Assembly (NCBI GenBank): GCA_012295275.1
Contig: CM022676.1
Coordinates: 14,942,001 to 15,006,000, forward strand
DNA: 64,000 nucleotides
Source: Chrysomallon squamiferum
Taxonomy: Eukaryota > Animalia > Mollusca
Reading direction: 5' to 3'
The position numbers were made by a program, and so were the translations under genes. Positions 1 through 12,849 of this stretch are shown in pieces; positions within the stretch are counted from its first letter, which is position 1; each line of letters starts with the position of its first letter. The notes under the pieces are model-generated. The model had not been told where the DNA came from. It ran no database searches and saw nothing but the letters and a program-made list of their open reading frames with translations.

Positions 1-119
1 GTGTGCGACCCTGAATGAAGAAGTAGAAGTTACATTCAACCCAAATGATAACCCTGCATTCTCTAAAGCAGAACCATAAACAGTTTCTATGAGCAGAAAG
101 GACTTAGACAACATTTGAT

Positions 120-720
120 GTTAACTTACATGAGAAATACGTCCACGAATAAGTCCACTTTATCATTATATACACTCTCTATATATACTTTTATTATAGC
201 TCCTATGAAGCTATAGTATAAATTTACGAGATATATGCAGTTTTAACGTGACTTCCGTGATTATTTACGTGAATGTAGGTGACTTACATATATTCTGACG
301 TGACTTGGATGAGATGTCAATACAATAGAACATGATTTACGTATACTTTCAATATGACTTCTGTTAAAAGCTCAAAGAAATGTACGTGACTTTCATATAA
401 TTTTAACATGAATTCTATGATACGGTAATATAAAGGCACGTGTCTTAAATACGTTTTTCTTCGATGAGCAGTAAATACAGACCTACGTGAGCTACACATA
501 TTTTAAGATGTTTTCTATGAGAAGACACAGGCACACGCACACACATGCACACACATATGTAATTATATATATATACGCGTCACATGAAATATACATGACT
601 GACATAGACTTTCACGTTAATTACATGGCATGTTAAGACAGACGTACGCGACTTAAGCTACTTACAACGTTAATTGCATGGAATGTTTGTTCAGAGTTGC
701 ATGGCATACATATATTTTTC
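120..720. repeat. Degenerate low-complexity repeat built on an ACRTGACTT-like motif
   Basis: Many irregularly spaced variants (aacgtgactt, gacgtgactt, gtacgtgactt, aatatgactt, aacatgattt, tacatgactg); no clean period. Confidence 0.4.
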
Positions 721-1184
721 AACATCACTACTATTAAAGATGAATGTATATATATATACCTGATTCAGATACACTTTAATATTATTTTTATCACAAGTTA
801 GCACCATTTGTCTAAATTACATATATTTTAACATTACTTCTGTGAAATAAAAAACAGAAGAAAAAAAAAACGTAACTTGAAATTATGTTTTACGTTTCTT
901 GTTCGAAAACAAATATATATGTTATGAAAGTAGAACGAAGTGATTGTCACATGCATCCATGGTCTAATAATCTGTGTCGTGGATCATGTAAATTATGTTA
1001 ATTATTATGCAAGCATGAAAAATGGCACGGTTGGCCGTTTAGAAATTCAAGGTGTTGACGTTTTTCAAGGTGTAATTACACAAAGAACGTCTGGCTGTAG
1101 GTTTAGTCCGTTCAAGCATTGTGCCAGGTTGTACAAAGGTAATTTTGCTTAACCAGAGATCAAAGTTCAGTTAGTGAAAAACTT

Positions 1185-2734
1185 CTAAATGCTCCATTTT
1201 ATCCATTCTTATAAATCCAGTCACCGCCTCCATCAGAAACATGCTCATTATTTTGTTAACAAGCATCGATGAAACTAAGTCTATAATGAAATATTTCTGT
1301 CAGCTGGTTGCAATAAGTGGTACTTTGTCCAATATATTTGCCGCGACTATCTTTTCTGTTTCATCCCGATTCAGCAGGACTGCTTGTGTCTGGACTGGAG
1401 ATGGTTGTCTGGATCCAGATGACCAAGCCTAACAGGCCGCACACTTTGCATGTTCTCTGAGGACTGTGTGTGTTGGCAGAATTTAGATGTACGGCCTCTG
1501 CTTGCAGGTAATGAGGTCTGGTCTTGCTTTGCCCACACCAGTAGATTTGTCATACGTGAGTTCAACGAATCCACCCTTCTTCTCTGAGATACAGCATCAT
1601 ATTCAGGGAATGGATTAAAGTGCGGGATCCCTGTAGCTTTCTCGGGCCTGATTGTAGAAACCACTGGACTTGAATTCATCGCGCTAGGCTCGTTGGCGAC
1701 AGGCAATCCACATGTTCTCAAGAACTAGTTCCTATGAGGATGGCAGTCTAGATATTGCTATGACCAGAACGCACGCGCCATTAACTTTAATTACAATGGA
1801 CTTGCATCCCTGGCACGTACAACTATTCGTATTCTTCACGACAACATCGACACACAACATCTAGAGACTTCCCTCTGTTGCTAACGACATTTGTTTCGTT
1901 TCGTGGTAATGACTGTGCTTGTCTTATGAGTCCTTTTTCAATTTTGGCTCGGTCATCAGAATTTATTTTTTGTACAATACGTCCACCTTAGATTCCACAT
2001 TTTGGAATCATATTTTCTTTAGCATAATCAGCAAATGTCTTTGCAGTGTACGAATCTTGGGCTTTGATAAGTGCTGAACTATCAGTGATGTCTGCATATC
2101 CGCTGTGTTCTTCAACTTGATGTTCATTTCCGCTTCAAATCTGCTCTTTTTTCACAAATAAATAAAACATTCTTATGTTTTAGATTCTTGGATCTTTCAT
2201 TGGATCTCAATTATATAGCCCTCATCACTAACACCTGGATGGATCGATCTTTTTCCAGCTCTGTGTAACTTTGTGTTCATAAATAGAAGTCTGCAACTCT
2301 TTTGATACCACCATGTACATGTACAATAGACACTTTCCTGTATGGGAAACTACTAGGTTCATGTTTCTGTCCTACACCTAGTTCGATCATTCATCCAGTG
2401 TCACAGACGCAGTGCAATCCAGATAATTAAAATCACCTTATCTTTGGCTCGGCTGCTCCACGCTGACACGCCTTAGCAATTAAAATGCGGCTGCTTCATT
2501 CAACTTCGTTTACTTCGAACATTTGGTGGTAGATATACTGAATAAGACAATAGAGACCTTTATGTAACTACAAATATTTCTAAGGAGACAGTAAAGTTTG
2601 GCGTTCATCTTGAAAAATGGCTGCCATCTTGGATTTTCAAATGGCCCGTAGGGTAGATTTGATTAGAAATCACCGAAGTCCAAATCTGATGTTTGTACCA
2701 TTCGTCTCAAAATGTGCTGTTATCAGCCACACTG
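1185..2734 (-). mobile_element. Decayed, internally deleted Academ (AcademX-type) DNA transposon
   Basis: Frameshifted minus-strand translation gives ALIKAQDSYTAKTFADYAKE, NVVSNRGKSLD..CREE..RIVVRARDA, SIVIKVNGACVLVIAISRLP, LENMWIA, IRPEKATGIPHF, EHAKCAAC..QIYWTK. These are collinear with the XPG/PIN-like region of AcademX proteins as I recall it (KTFxDYA, HEEADTRIxVHA, DTDVLVIA, LWIAFG, IGPEK.GILFFHAFTGCD, HAKRAAYQAG). The end at 2610-2734 (aaaatggctgccatcttggattttcaaatggcc...gttatcagccacactg) resembles Academ termini. Confidence 0.7.
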
Positions 2735-2912
2735 TGTTTTTGTATATATGAAATAAACGGATATATGTGCAAATTATACGTTGTCAGATGTTGCTGACGA
2801 GACTCAAACATGTGGCAACCATTCACCAGCACTCCAAAGCCGGACAATGTTACCGTTCAGCCACCGACAACACCCTGCTGAAACAGAAAAGGTATGTATG
2901 TATGCGTGTATG

Positions 2913-2977
<65 letters not shown>

Positions 2978-3030
2978 TATGCATGTATGGACTTAGTATA
3001 TCTGTATCTCTCTGATAGTTAACAAAACAT

Positions 3031-3361
3031 ACTGGTGTGGACCAGACCTCTTTACCTGAAACAGAGGCCGTGACTGTTTAATTCCGAATGGACAAAATCA
3101 GAGAACATTTAAAGTGTGTTGTTAGCCTTGGTCATCTGGATCCAGACAACCATCTCCAGTCCATATACAAGCAGTCCTGCTGAATCGGGATGAACAGAAA
3201 AAGAGAGTCGTGGCAAATATATTGGACAAAGCACCACTAGTGCAGTCAGTTGATAGAAATATTTTATTATGGACTTAGTTTCATCGATGCTTGTTAACAA
3301 AGTAATGTATAACATTCTGATGGGGTCCTGTTTTAAAGAATGGATAAAATGGAACATTTAA

Positions 3362-3364
<3 letters not shown>
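3031..3364 (+). mobile_element. Second Academ fragment, inverted copy of 1185-1543
   Basis: Reverse complement aligns by eye over ~330 bp with 1185-1543 (ggtcatctggatccagacaaccatctccagtcca; gacttagtttcatcgatgcttgttaacaaa); ORFs 1241-1432(+) and 3109-3357(-) are visibly homologous. Confidence 0.8.
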
Positions 3365-3440
<76 letters not shown>

Positions 3441-3788
3441 AAAAATGAACACAATAGTTGAGTACTCTTGGACCCCCCGCATAAAAGAAAACAATAATCT
3501 GTATTAGCTGTTAATAATAAATTTATAATAAGGGAACTACTTTCTAGTACATTGATGTTATACACATTAGTTATATTATACAGACAGACAGACAGATTGG
3601 TGAACATCACGAAACAATCTAAAATAGTTTTAAAATTTAAATGAAATAATGACAGAATCATTTTAATTTTATCATACAAAATTTTTAATACAGTTTTATT
3701 TGATTACACTGGTGAATGTATGCAAACTTATTTTATATATCACAATAGTCTTTGAAATAAACTTTACAAAATAATAGAAAATATCAGA

Positions 3789-3914
<126 letters not shown>

Positions 3915-4001
3915 ATGACAAAACTGGTGAAAATGTCAAAAGTAAATAAAATTTGTTTCGAAATGTATGTTTTAATTTAGTATTTTTGAACGAGACTTTA
4001 A

Positions 4002-4042
<41 letters not shown>

Positions 4043-4273
4043 TAAATAAAATAAATAAATAAATAAATAAATAAATTAGTACATTTATTGAAAAAGAAAC
4101 AAAGTAACTAAATTAATTACTATATTAACTAAATTAATAAGTAAATAAATAATATAACTGATTTTCTGCTTATTTATCTCTTCGTGTAAACAGAGAAATG
4201 TCTGGCGACTTTCAACATCAAAACAGTAAAAAAAAATATATATATATATATAAGTTAGCAGATAGTTTGAATT

Positions 4274-5627
4274 TTACTTTTTGCACCAAGTAAATATTTG
4301 TATTTGTCCGTGTAAATCTCCCACGTATATTTTGTTGTCATCACAACAGACACACTCAGGTTTGGACAGTCCATCCCGATCAGTGAGGATGTCACGTGTA
4401 ATGTTACCATCTCGTGACAACTGAACAACACAATTTCTATTTTCACTACAAACAAAAATATTTCCCTCCCTGTCACATGTAACATCTAACAACTTCTTCA
4501 GTCTGTCTGAATCACGTGATTCCCATTTGACGTCACCTGATGACGTCACACCAAATAAACTGTTTACATTTTCTCTGTTTGACACAACAATTATACACTG
4601 ATCGTGAACTGTGAGACACGACGGTTCGGGTATCAAATCTCCTGAGACAGAATTAATGAGCTGACCAGTGTCTGTCAGTATGTCCAAGTACTGACCAATG
4701 TGATCCCCAGTGACCGCGAGACGGTTGCCAGGTAACACAGCGATAAACTTGTACCTTTTAGTAGTTTTAACTGTTTTGATCAGTTTTAAATTTTTCAAAT
4801 TTAAAAACAAAATTTTATTTTCACCTGGCAGAGTAACAACAACAACAACATCACCCCGCTGATCACGTGATTCAGCAAGACCGCATGGATAAGAGGAAGT
4901 TACGTGTCTTTTATCAGTGATTTTCTTTCTAAACAAAAACATTTTACAGATTCATTCCAATAATCACTAACTACAATTTGACTTTTGTCCTCACCTGGCA
5001 CTAGCATGGAAAACAGAATAGGATTTTCTTTATCTTCTTGTGTTTTTGTGTTAATGGTGCCTGTGTGTTTGAGTGTGTCTGTCTGTCTGTCTATCTGTGT
5101 GTCTGTTTGGATGTTTGTGGATATTTCTCCAATGTGCACATATATGTTTTTCTTATCAGATTTTATCAGATTTATTTTGATTTCTGCTTTTTCTATTTGT
5201 GAAAGAGATTTGGACAGAAACTCGGAAGTTCTGTTTTGAAGTTTGTTGAATTTTGAAATATTTGTTTTTATATCTGACTCTGATTCACGTTGTAACAAAT
5301 CTTTGCCTAGTTTGATCATTTTTTCGTTTTCCTCAATCAGATATTTATATTCAGTAAACAATTTTTCGATTTCTGAATGTATAAAGTTTTGAGATTTTTC
5401 TATTTCTCTTGTTAACCTCTCTTGTTCTTTGTGAACTGCGGCTGTGAAATCTGTTATTAGTGTGTCACCAATCGTCCTGACCTCTTCTGTAGTATCCACG
5501 ACGTTGATGTCGACGGCTTGGCGAAGTTGCTCAATCTTATCATCCATTTCTGTCTGAAGAATTTCTTTGTAGGATTTGAGACTTTCACAAACAGAACTGA
5601 GAAGTGAAAAGTGACCTCCCTGTTTAG
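4274..5627 (-). CDS. TRIM-like gene, last coding exon: coiled coil + NHL-like/six-bladed beta-propeller; contains a 1-nt frameshift near 4900-4942
   Basis: Acceptor tttcag|CT at 5628-5630 is phase-compatible with the upstream exon (T|CT=Ser) and joins the frame of ORF 4900-5547 (E/K/L-rich heptads, then IVVSDYWNESVKCF). The propeller continues in ORF 4274-4942 (LAVTG, DVTCDREGNIFVC..NRNCVVQLSRDG, DGLSKPECVCCDDNKIYVG). Exon total 286+1354 nt plus one missing base = 547 codons including the stop. Confidence 0.85.
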
Positions 5628-5796
5628 CTGAAATTAATTAATAAATAAATAAACAAGTAAATAAATAAATAAGTCAATAAATGATTGAATAAATAAATAA
5701 GTAAATAAATAAATGAAATTAATAAATGAATAAACAATTAATATATTAAATACTACTACTACTACTAATAATAATAATAACAATAACAACAACAAC

Positions 5797-5832
<36 letters not shown>

Positions 5833-6071
5833 CACAACTATGACTACTACTGTTAATAAAGATATGTCTACAATGTGAAGAGTTTTAGAATTTATTTTAT
5901 GAATTGATTTAAAAATCTGACTAGAAAAATATCATAAATAAAATGACCTCTGCTTGTTTAGGCTGTGATGGTTAATACGCGACAGAAATCTTTTTGTGTT
6001 AAATTATCACTGAATCTCCTTTTAATTATTTCGATGTAATTAACTGAAAAAAAAAAACACTGCTGACTCAC

Positions 6072-6357
6072 AAAACTTTGGTTCTAGCCAATCATTAGCG
6101 GCGTCCTGTAGTGACTTGTTTACAGGGAATTGATCTGCCCACGTATTCACTGGTTTCGTGCTGTCTGGGATGTGGACATCCTGCCTGCAGAACGGGCAGG
6201 TGATTTGTATGTCGTTGTTGTCGTAATTGTGACTTATATAGTCCTGCAGGCATTTGGAGCAATACGAATGTCCGCAATTAAGAACTCGCGGCTTCTTGAA
6301 AATGTCCATACAAAGACAGCACGACAGGTTATCATAGGAGATTGAAGGTGTTGCCAT
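6072..6357 (-). CDS. TRIM-like gene, first coding exon: C3HC4 RING finger
   Basis: ATG at 6357 just after acceptor tttatag|at; MATPSISYDNLSCCLCMDIFKKPRVLNCGHSYCSKCLQDYI...ITCPFCRQ...FPVN is a canonical TRIM-type RING; perfect donor GTGAGT at 6071-6066. Confidence 0.92.
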
Positions 6358-6504
6358 ATCTATAAATAATAACAACAACAACAACATAGTAGAATCAGAG
6401 AAGATAAAATAGAAAATACGGAGAAAGAAAAATTCAGCTAGATAATAATGATAATAATAATAATAATAATAATGATGATGATGATGATGATGATGATGAT
6501 AATG

Positions 6505-6556
<52 letters not shown>

Positions 6557-7560
6557 ATAATAATAACAATAATGAATAACAATAAGATAAGAAAGACCAG
6601 CAGTTGACACCAACTGACTAGAGCTAAAAATAATAAAAATTTTAAATCAAAACAACAAAGGAAGGTAAAGAAACAATATCACACAAAATAAAAATAAAAT
6701 ATCAGTCCCAATTACTTCAAAGGGCCAAGGGAATATACAAATAAATAAATAAATGAAATAAGAAAATAAATATATAAGCGTGCGAATGTAACTGTAATAT
6801 TACAAATATACTATGTAAGTGTTTCATTCATTAATTTCGTTTTATTTGTATGAAAAAAAAAAACAATATATTGAAGTGAATTACAAACTTGCTAAATTTA
6901 GCCTTGTGACGTACGTTTGAGAAGGAAGACGACAGTTCCACTCTCATAAGTTGTATGAAGGAAAACTCAAAAATAAATAAATAAATAAAGAAATAAATAA
7001 AGAAATAAATAAATAAATAAAGAAATAAAGAAATAAAGAAATAAATAATAAAAATAAAGAAATAAAGGAATAAAGAAATAAATATTTTTGACGTGTCGAT
7101 GAATGTTGCAAGGTATTTTCGCACACCACTATTTGTGTCGTGCTACGTAACCAAGCCCACTTACATTCATGATCAAACTCGAATGTGGACAACAATAGAA
7201 ACGTGATTTTGAGACAAGTAATATGTTCAGAGTAATAATCACGAAAAACTGCATAGTAAACGAATGAATTTCTGATTACTTCTGAACACTATTTTATTAA
7301 CGTCGAACACAATACATTTCTAATCTGCAGTTAAATGGCGTCAGTCATTGATAAAGGAATCGTCGAACTGTCTTTTACAAGGACAAACCTATCGCCCGAC
7401 ACTGCTTTCCTGTGACCACTGAGCCACACACGCCACTGACCAATGAGTATAACAAAAACATTATGTATACAATTGTTTTAAGAGCATAACGTTAATTACT
7501 AGCTTTTATTTTAAAATAGTTTACAACAACAACAATAACAATAATAATAAATGTTCTTAC

Positions 7561-7640
7561 CTCTGTCTTAAGAAATGAAAAATTTAACAGCTGCAGAAAA
7601 TTGTCTGTACGTCTCCAATGTCAGTTTGCTGTTACAGTTG
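7561..7640 (-). other. Probable non-coding 5' UTR exon of the TRIM-like gene
   Basis: Strong donor GAG|GTAAGA at 7560 on the minus strand; the coding exon has an acceptor 2 nt before its ATG, so an upstream exon is expected. 5' boundary uncertain. Confidence 0.5.
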
Positions 7641-7647
7641 TGAGGGC

Positions 7648-7729
7648 GGGGAAGCCCGTTTTGACAGACGACACTCGGTCAGGGGAAGATACCAATTTCA
7701 ATAAAGGGGTGTAAGGTATGGAATTTTCT
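7648..7729. promoter_or_regulatory. Cluster of kappaB-like sites upstream of the TRIM-like gene
   Basis: GGGGAAGCCC (7648-7657), GGGGAAGATACC (7682-7693) and GGAATTTTCT (7720-7729) are imperfect matches to GGGRNWYYCC in an otherwise AT-rich region. Confidence 0.3.
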
Positions 7730-8139
7730 AGAACACTTTTGTTGCTACTGAGAAAAAATAATCGTGAAAGTTTTAAATTGTTTTGGTAAAGTAAACAGGA
7801 ATAAAAATAACAACTATTTTAAAATAATTTGAGCACTTCATTAATTTTTAAAATGCCGGTTACAATTTATTACACTTGTGGTATTAATAGACACAGTAAC
7901 TGGTTTGTAGAAGAACGGAGAAAGATAATACATACAGCCGCCAAAATTACAGCGTGTTTAAACCTGGATAGTGAACTGGCGGTATCAGGTTTTTTCATAA
8001 GATATATAAATAAACTGTACGAATGAAAAACAGGATACAAAGTGAACGTGTGATTTTAGATACGCAATAATAATAGTAATAAAATAATAATATATATTCC
8101 TTCTCTATACTACATGGCTTTATTTCATTGTATGTAAAA

Positions 8140-8194
<55 letters not shown>

Positions 8195-8313
8195 GAGAAG
8201 CCGCCAATTAACCGATAGTGTACTTTTCGCAGTTTTTAGATGCTGTTTAAATGTCTCCTTTGTAGCATTTATACCGTTATAGTATATTTTATAATATAAC
8301 AAACAGTATAGAG

Positions 8314-8446
<133 letters not shown>

Positions 8447-8649
8447 TAATAATAATAATAATAAAATGAAAAACAAAATAAGAAATATTAGAAAGGAGAT
8501 GATAGGAAATAATATAAATTAACATAAACAGAAGCTGCGAAATAAATCTAAATGATTAAATGTTATTATTCTATGTAGACTAATTAAATTTATTTCCCAA
8601 TCTAACAATTAATTACTAAATCAAACATTGTTATATTTCTGACGCTATG

Positions 8650-10420
8650 AATAGCATTTCATTGTGGAACATTTATCAATAAATTTACACAACATGGGTT
8701 TGAATATTATGTCTGTATTATTAATAGCTTGAAAAATATAGGCAACATTAACTGTTGAACTCATGATACTGGATATAATATATATCAAAAGAAACTAAAA
8801 AAAAATATATATATATTAGACATAAAAATGAAGTTAGCATTGAGTCACATATACCCACAGATACGCCAATGTTCATACTGTACATGTTCAGTTTAACACA
8901 AGTTTACATTCTGTTTGTTTACCGAGGCGAAACATACTTGACCCTGTTTTGTCACGTTTTGAAAAAGCGCAGGCATAAGTATTTCACAAAATGAATTAAG
9001 GTACAGACCAAAGGGGATGCAAATTGAAGAAGAAAAAAAAACTATTTTCTAAAATTAGCACAAGCGTTAATTATAAATAAATAAATAAATAAATAAGTTA
9101 ATCAGTCTAATAATAAGCATATAAGTAGATATGTAAATATAATAAAACAAACTAAAAGTCATTAACAGATCTATTATTATAGGTAGTAAAAAGTATTTAT
9201 ATTTATATCAATATTACTAGGAATAGTAGTTGTAGTAGAAGAGTAGTAAATAGTATTTATATTAATCTTAATATCAGAAGTAATAGCAGTAATAGTTGTT
9301 GTTATTGTATAATGAAATTATTTTTTTTTTTTTTTTTTTTTTTTTTCATTTCGTAAAATAAAAGAGAAACAAACGTTAGTAGATGATGCTTATTCAGTTC
9401 TGGGCAAGCCAGTGTGTTTTTCATTCTAACCAAACATACACCCTGAAAGCCATTACTTTACAAAAATGTACAATTAATGATAAAATGACATAAAACATAC
9501 AACAATAGTAAAAGCATTCAGGATTTAACTCAGGTACGGACCTGATATTGATAAAAACAGTGTTGCTCTTCTGGCATAATGACAAAAATCAGCTGATCAC
9601 GTGATTCAGAACGATCGCATGACTGACTCATAAAATACTGCGTGCTGAGATATAAATCTTGTTTAAGTGCTGGGTGTCGAATGTTAAACTGGGTACAGAT
9701 AAGAACATAGTTTAATTGCCCCATTTAGTATAATTTAAAAATCAAATTAAAAAAAGAAAATGATAATGTGTGTGTGTGTGTGTGTAAATTGTCCTGAAAT
9801 ACATGTGTACTACTGTTTCCATGAAGACGGAATAAATGCAGGTCAGTTCAATTACATGTTTTGTCCATAAATATAACATTAAAAAGTCTGAAATAAGATA
9901 TTTAATAAACTTTAAAAATAAAATAAAAAATAAGCTTCTGATTTGATTTGAATCACTAAAAAAAGATCTGGTTACGCAATCACCAATTTCGGCACAATTT
10001 TCTAATTCAGAGACAGAATCACTAAATGTTTGCGAGCATCTCCCTACCTCTCTCAGTTTCTGACATTTTCACATGCACGCATCTCCGCTATTTGGGGCGA
10101 TATTTAACATCTCTTTGTACGAGAAGGAAAAAAATCGTTTCTTTTCTAGTTTAGACTTTAATTAATAGTCGAACATTCCTTTAAAAATATTTCATTTTCT
10201 GCAAAGCTGTTTAGACGCAGAATAGTTAATAAAGCAACTTATTTGTGGAAGCAATTCCGACCTTCTCGACATATGCTAATGTTTTCTTTCGATGTAATTT
10301 CAATGAGGTTCAAAGACAAAGCGGCTCCACCACTAGGCTGATTATTCCGATTACTGGCGATTTTTCATTAAGTTCCTTTTTTTAAATTTTATTCGGATAT
10401 TCATGCTACTGCTTATGACT

Positions 10421-10519
<99 letters not shown>

Positions 10520-10700
10520 GTCTCTCTCTCTCTCTCCCACTCTCTTTCTCACTCACTAAAGACATACACCCACTGACCAGCCATGTTAGTCAACTGGATT
10601 GAAAACGGAGACTTCGCTTTCAAGTCCGCTTTGTATTTGCAACGTGCGAGGGTTGATGTACCCTTGAATAACATAAATCAGACTTACCACGTATTTGAAA
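8650..10700 (-). pseudogene. Probable heavily decayed tandem paralog of the TRIM-like gene
   Basis: Minus-strand fragments in the same order as the intact gene: SESRDQLIFVIMPEEQH (~9600) vs AESRDQ..VVVTLPGENK; GFQGVCLV..NTLAC (~9430); ALFQNVTKQGQVCFAS (~8950) vs SLFGVTSSGDVKWES; DIIFKPMLCKFIDK (~8700) vs DGLSKPECVCCDDNK. Many stops and frameshifts; boundaries approximate. Confidence 0.4.
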
Positions 10701-10789
10701 ACAACAATAAGATGGAAATAATACATTCAGTATGAGCTGATATCATACGTCTTCAAACAAACAAACAAACAAACATATAAATAAATGAA

Positions 10790-10820
<31 letters not shown>

Positions 10821-11206
10821 ATCAATAAATAAATAAATAAAAGATTATAAGAAATATTTATATGTATTGAAACCATAGAATTAAATAAATAAATTAATTA
10901 GCCAAAACAGAACTGAAAACCAACCAAATACCTGTCGTACTTATTTGAATATATCTTTTGAACCGCTGTACATAATTTTGTGTGTGTTTTGTTTACTTTT
11001 GCTACAGCTTTCATTATGTGCTAATTAAAGTCAGAAAAAAATTGTCTGCCGGTACTATATTTATTTTCTATCATAACATCATTAATTCATACAAAAAGCT
11101 GTAAGAGGCTGAGTATGCCAGCATATTACAGTAATTTACTCAGTCTGTGAGTTTTAATTTACATTTCTCGTATTTAATGAACAATAAAATCAAAATAAAA
11201 TATTTT

Positions 11207-11350
11207 GTAACTCATCCTTTATTTACTCGGTTGTTAAAATAGTGTTATTATTTTATGATATGAAAATCAGTGTAATAAAAAAAAAATCAAAAAAAAAAAA
11301 TAATGTGTAACTCATCCTTTATTTACTCGCTTCTGAAAATAGTGTTATAC
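11207..11350 (+). repeat. Short local direct duplication (~45 bp x2)
   Basis: tgtaactcatcctttatttactcg...aaaatagtgttat occurs twice ~100 bp apart. Confidence 0.8.
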
Positions 11351-12812
11351 TTTATTATTAGGAAACGCTGGTACCAGTAAAACTGTAATATACAAAATAC
11401 ACTAGGTGTATTATAGCATGACATGTATTCATCAAGTTCAACTTTTATAAGTAAAATTAACCAGTTTTATCATCCATTAGTTTAAAGCATATTTATCATT
11501 TCTTCATTTAGTCATCCACATCTGTTTTCATCAGCCTGTCATGTATATTAAACTTTATTTTTTTAACATTTAACAAATTCTCTAATTTGAATACTAACCA
11601 AATAAGCAAGAAAGAGATAACTTGTATATTAAAAGAAATTAGCAATTTATTGTTTTAAATAATTATAATATAAAATATAATATAAACATATTTCAGTTTC
11701 CAACAGTGTTATAGAAACGTATTTAATATTTGCAAAAGTGCACACATGAATGTAAGCAGTATTTGCAGAATTTACACCATATAGAAATAATGGCCTTTAT
11801 AATATAGTTAGAAATGACCATTTTGTTATTATTATTATTTATATTTTTCAATATCGTCATTTATTTATAGATTAATTGATTTATCATCTACAAAATCTTC
11901 CTGTATTGTCATGTAAAAGTCTCCATTTTAATCCTCTTCATCATCCTTATCATCATTATCATCATCTAGATGCATAATATCAGTTATTAATACAGGGCAG
12001 TAATATCGTAAAATATTATTTTAAATCGTTCTTTGCAGGATATGTTTTGATTAAATTATCTTGCTCTATTTTTTTATTAATTTTCTCATTTTTAAATCCC
12101 TGCTAATTATTATTGTCTAAACCAAATTAAGCCATTGCTAAATTTAACAGAAATATTTAAGCATTATTAATATTTATTATTACATGCATGTACAACCAAA
12201 ACACTACCTATAGCATTTGATTAATTTTCCTGGAAAATTTATTATGAAACTTAGTAAGTGGTTAATTATTATAATAAATTAATGATGTGATAAAGTATTA
12301 ATTATTTCTGGTAGTATTTATAATGTAAAGTGTCTAATGTAATATTTGCAACATTCTGTTTTTGTTTTTCACTTTTTTTTTTTATTTTTATTTTTTTTAT
12401 TTTTTGTATTATTATTATAATTTTATTTTTTTTTTTTTTTTTTAATATTATTATCATTATTGTTATTTGTAAATAAACTTGAAAGTATCAGTTTTCATAT
12501 TTATATATTTGTTTTCTCATTGTTATATAATTAGTAGTTTTATTTTTCTGTTCTCTTCTTCTTTTCTTTAAAATTATTCTCTAATTTAAATAAATAAATA
12601 AATTAATTAATTAAATTAAATTATTTAATTTTTATTTATTTAAAATTCATTATTTTGTTTTTTTTTTTTTTTCTGTTAGTTTCCTGCACTGTACTTACAC
12701 AAAATGGGCTGGAAGGGTCAGCTACCTACAGCAAACATTAACAATAAACTGTATAAAATTATACAGTTTGTGTAATGACAGCATCTACAGGTAGATTAAT
12801 AATAAACAATAA

Positions 12813-12849
<37 letters not shown>

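Noticed and set aside
6358-6582. Poly-Tyr/His N-terminal extension of the RING ORF
   Set aside because: Microsatellite within the intron; the real start is the ATG at 6357 just after a splice acceptor.
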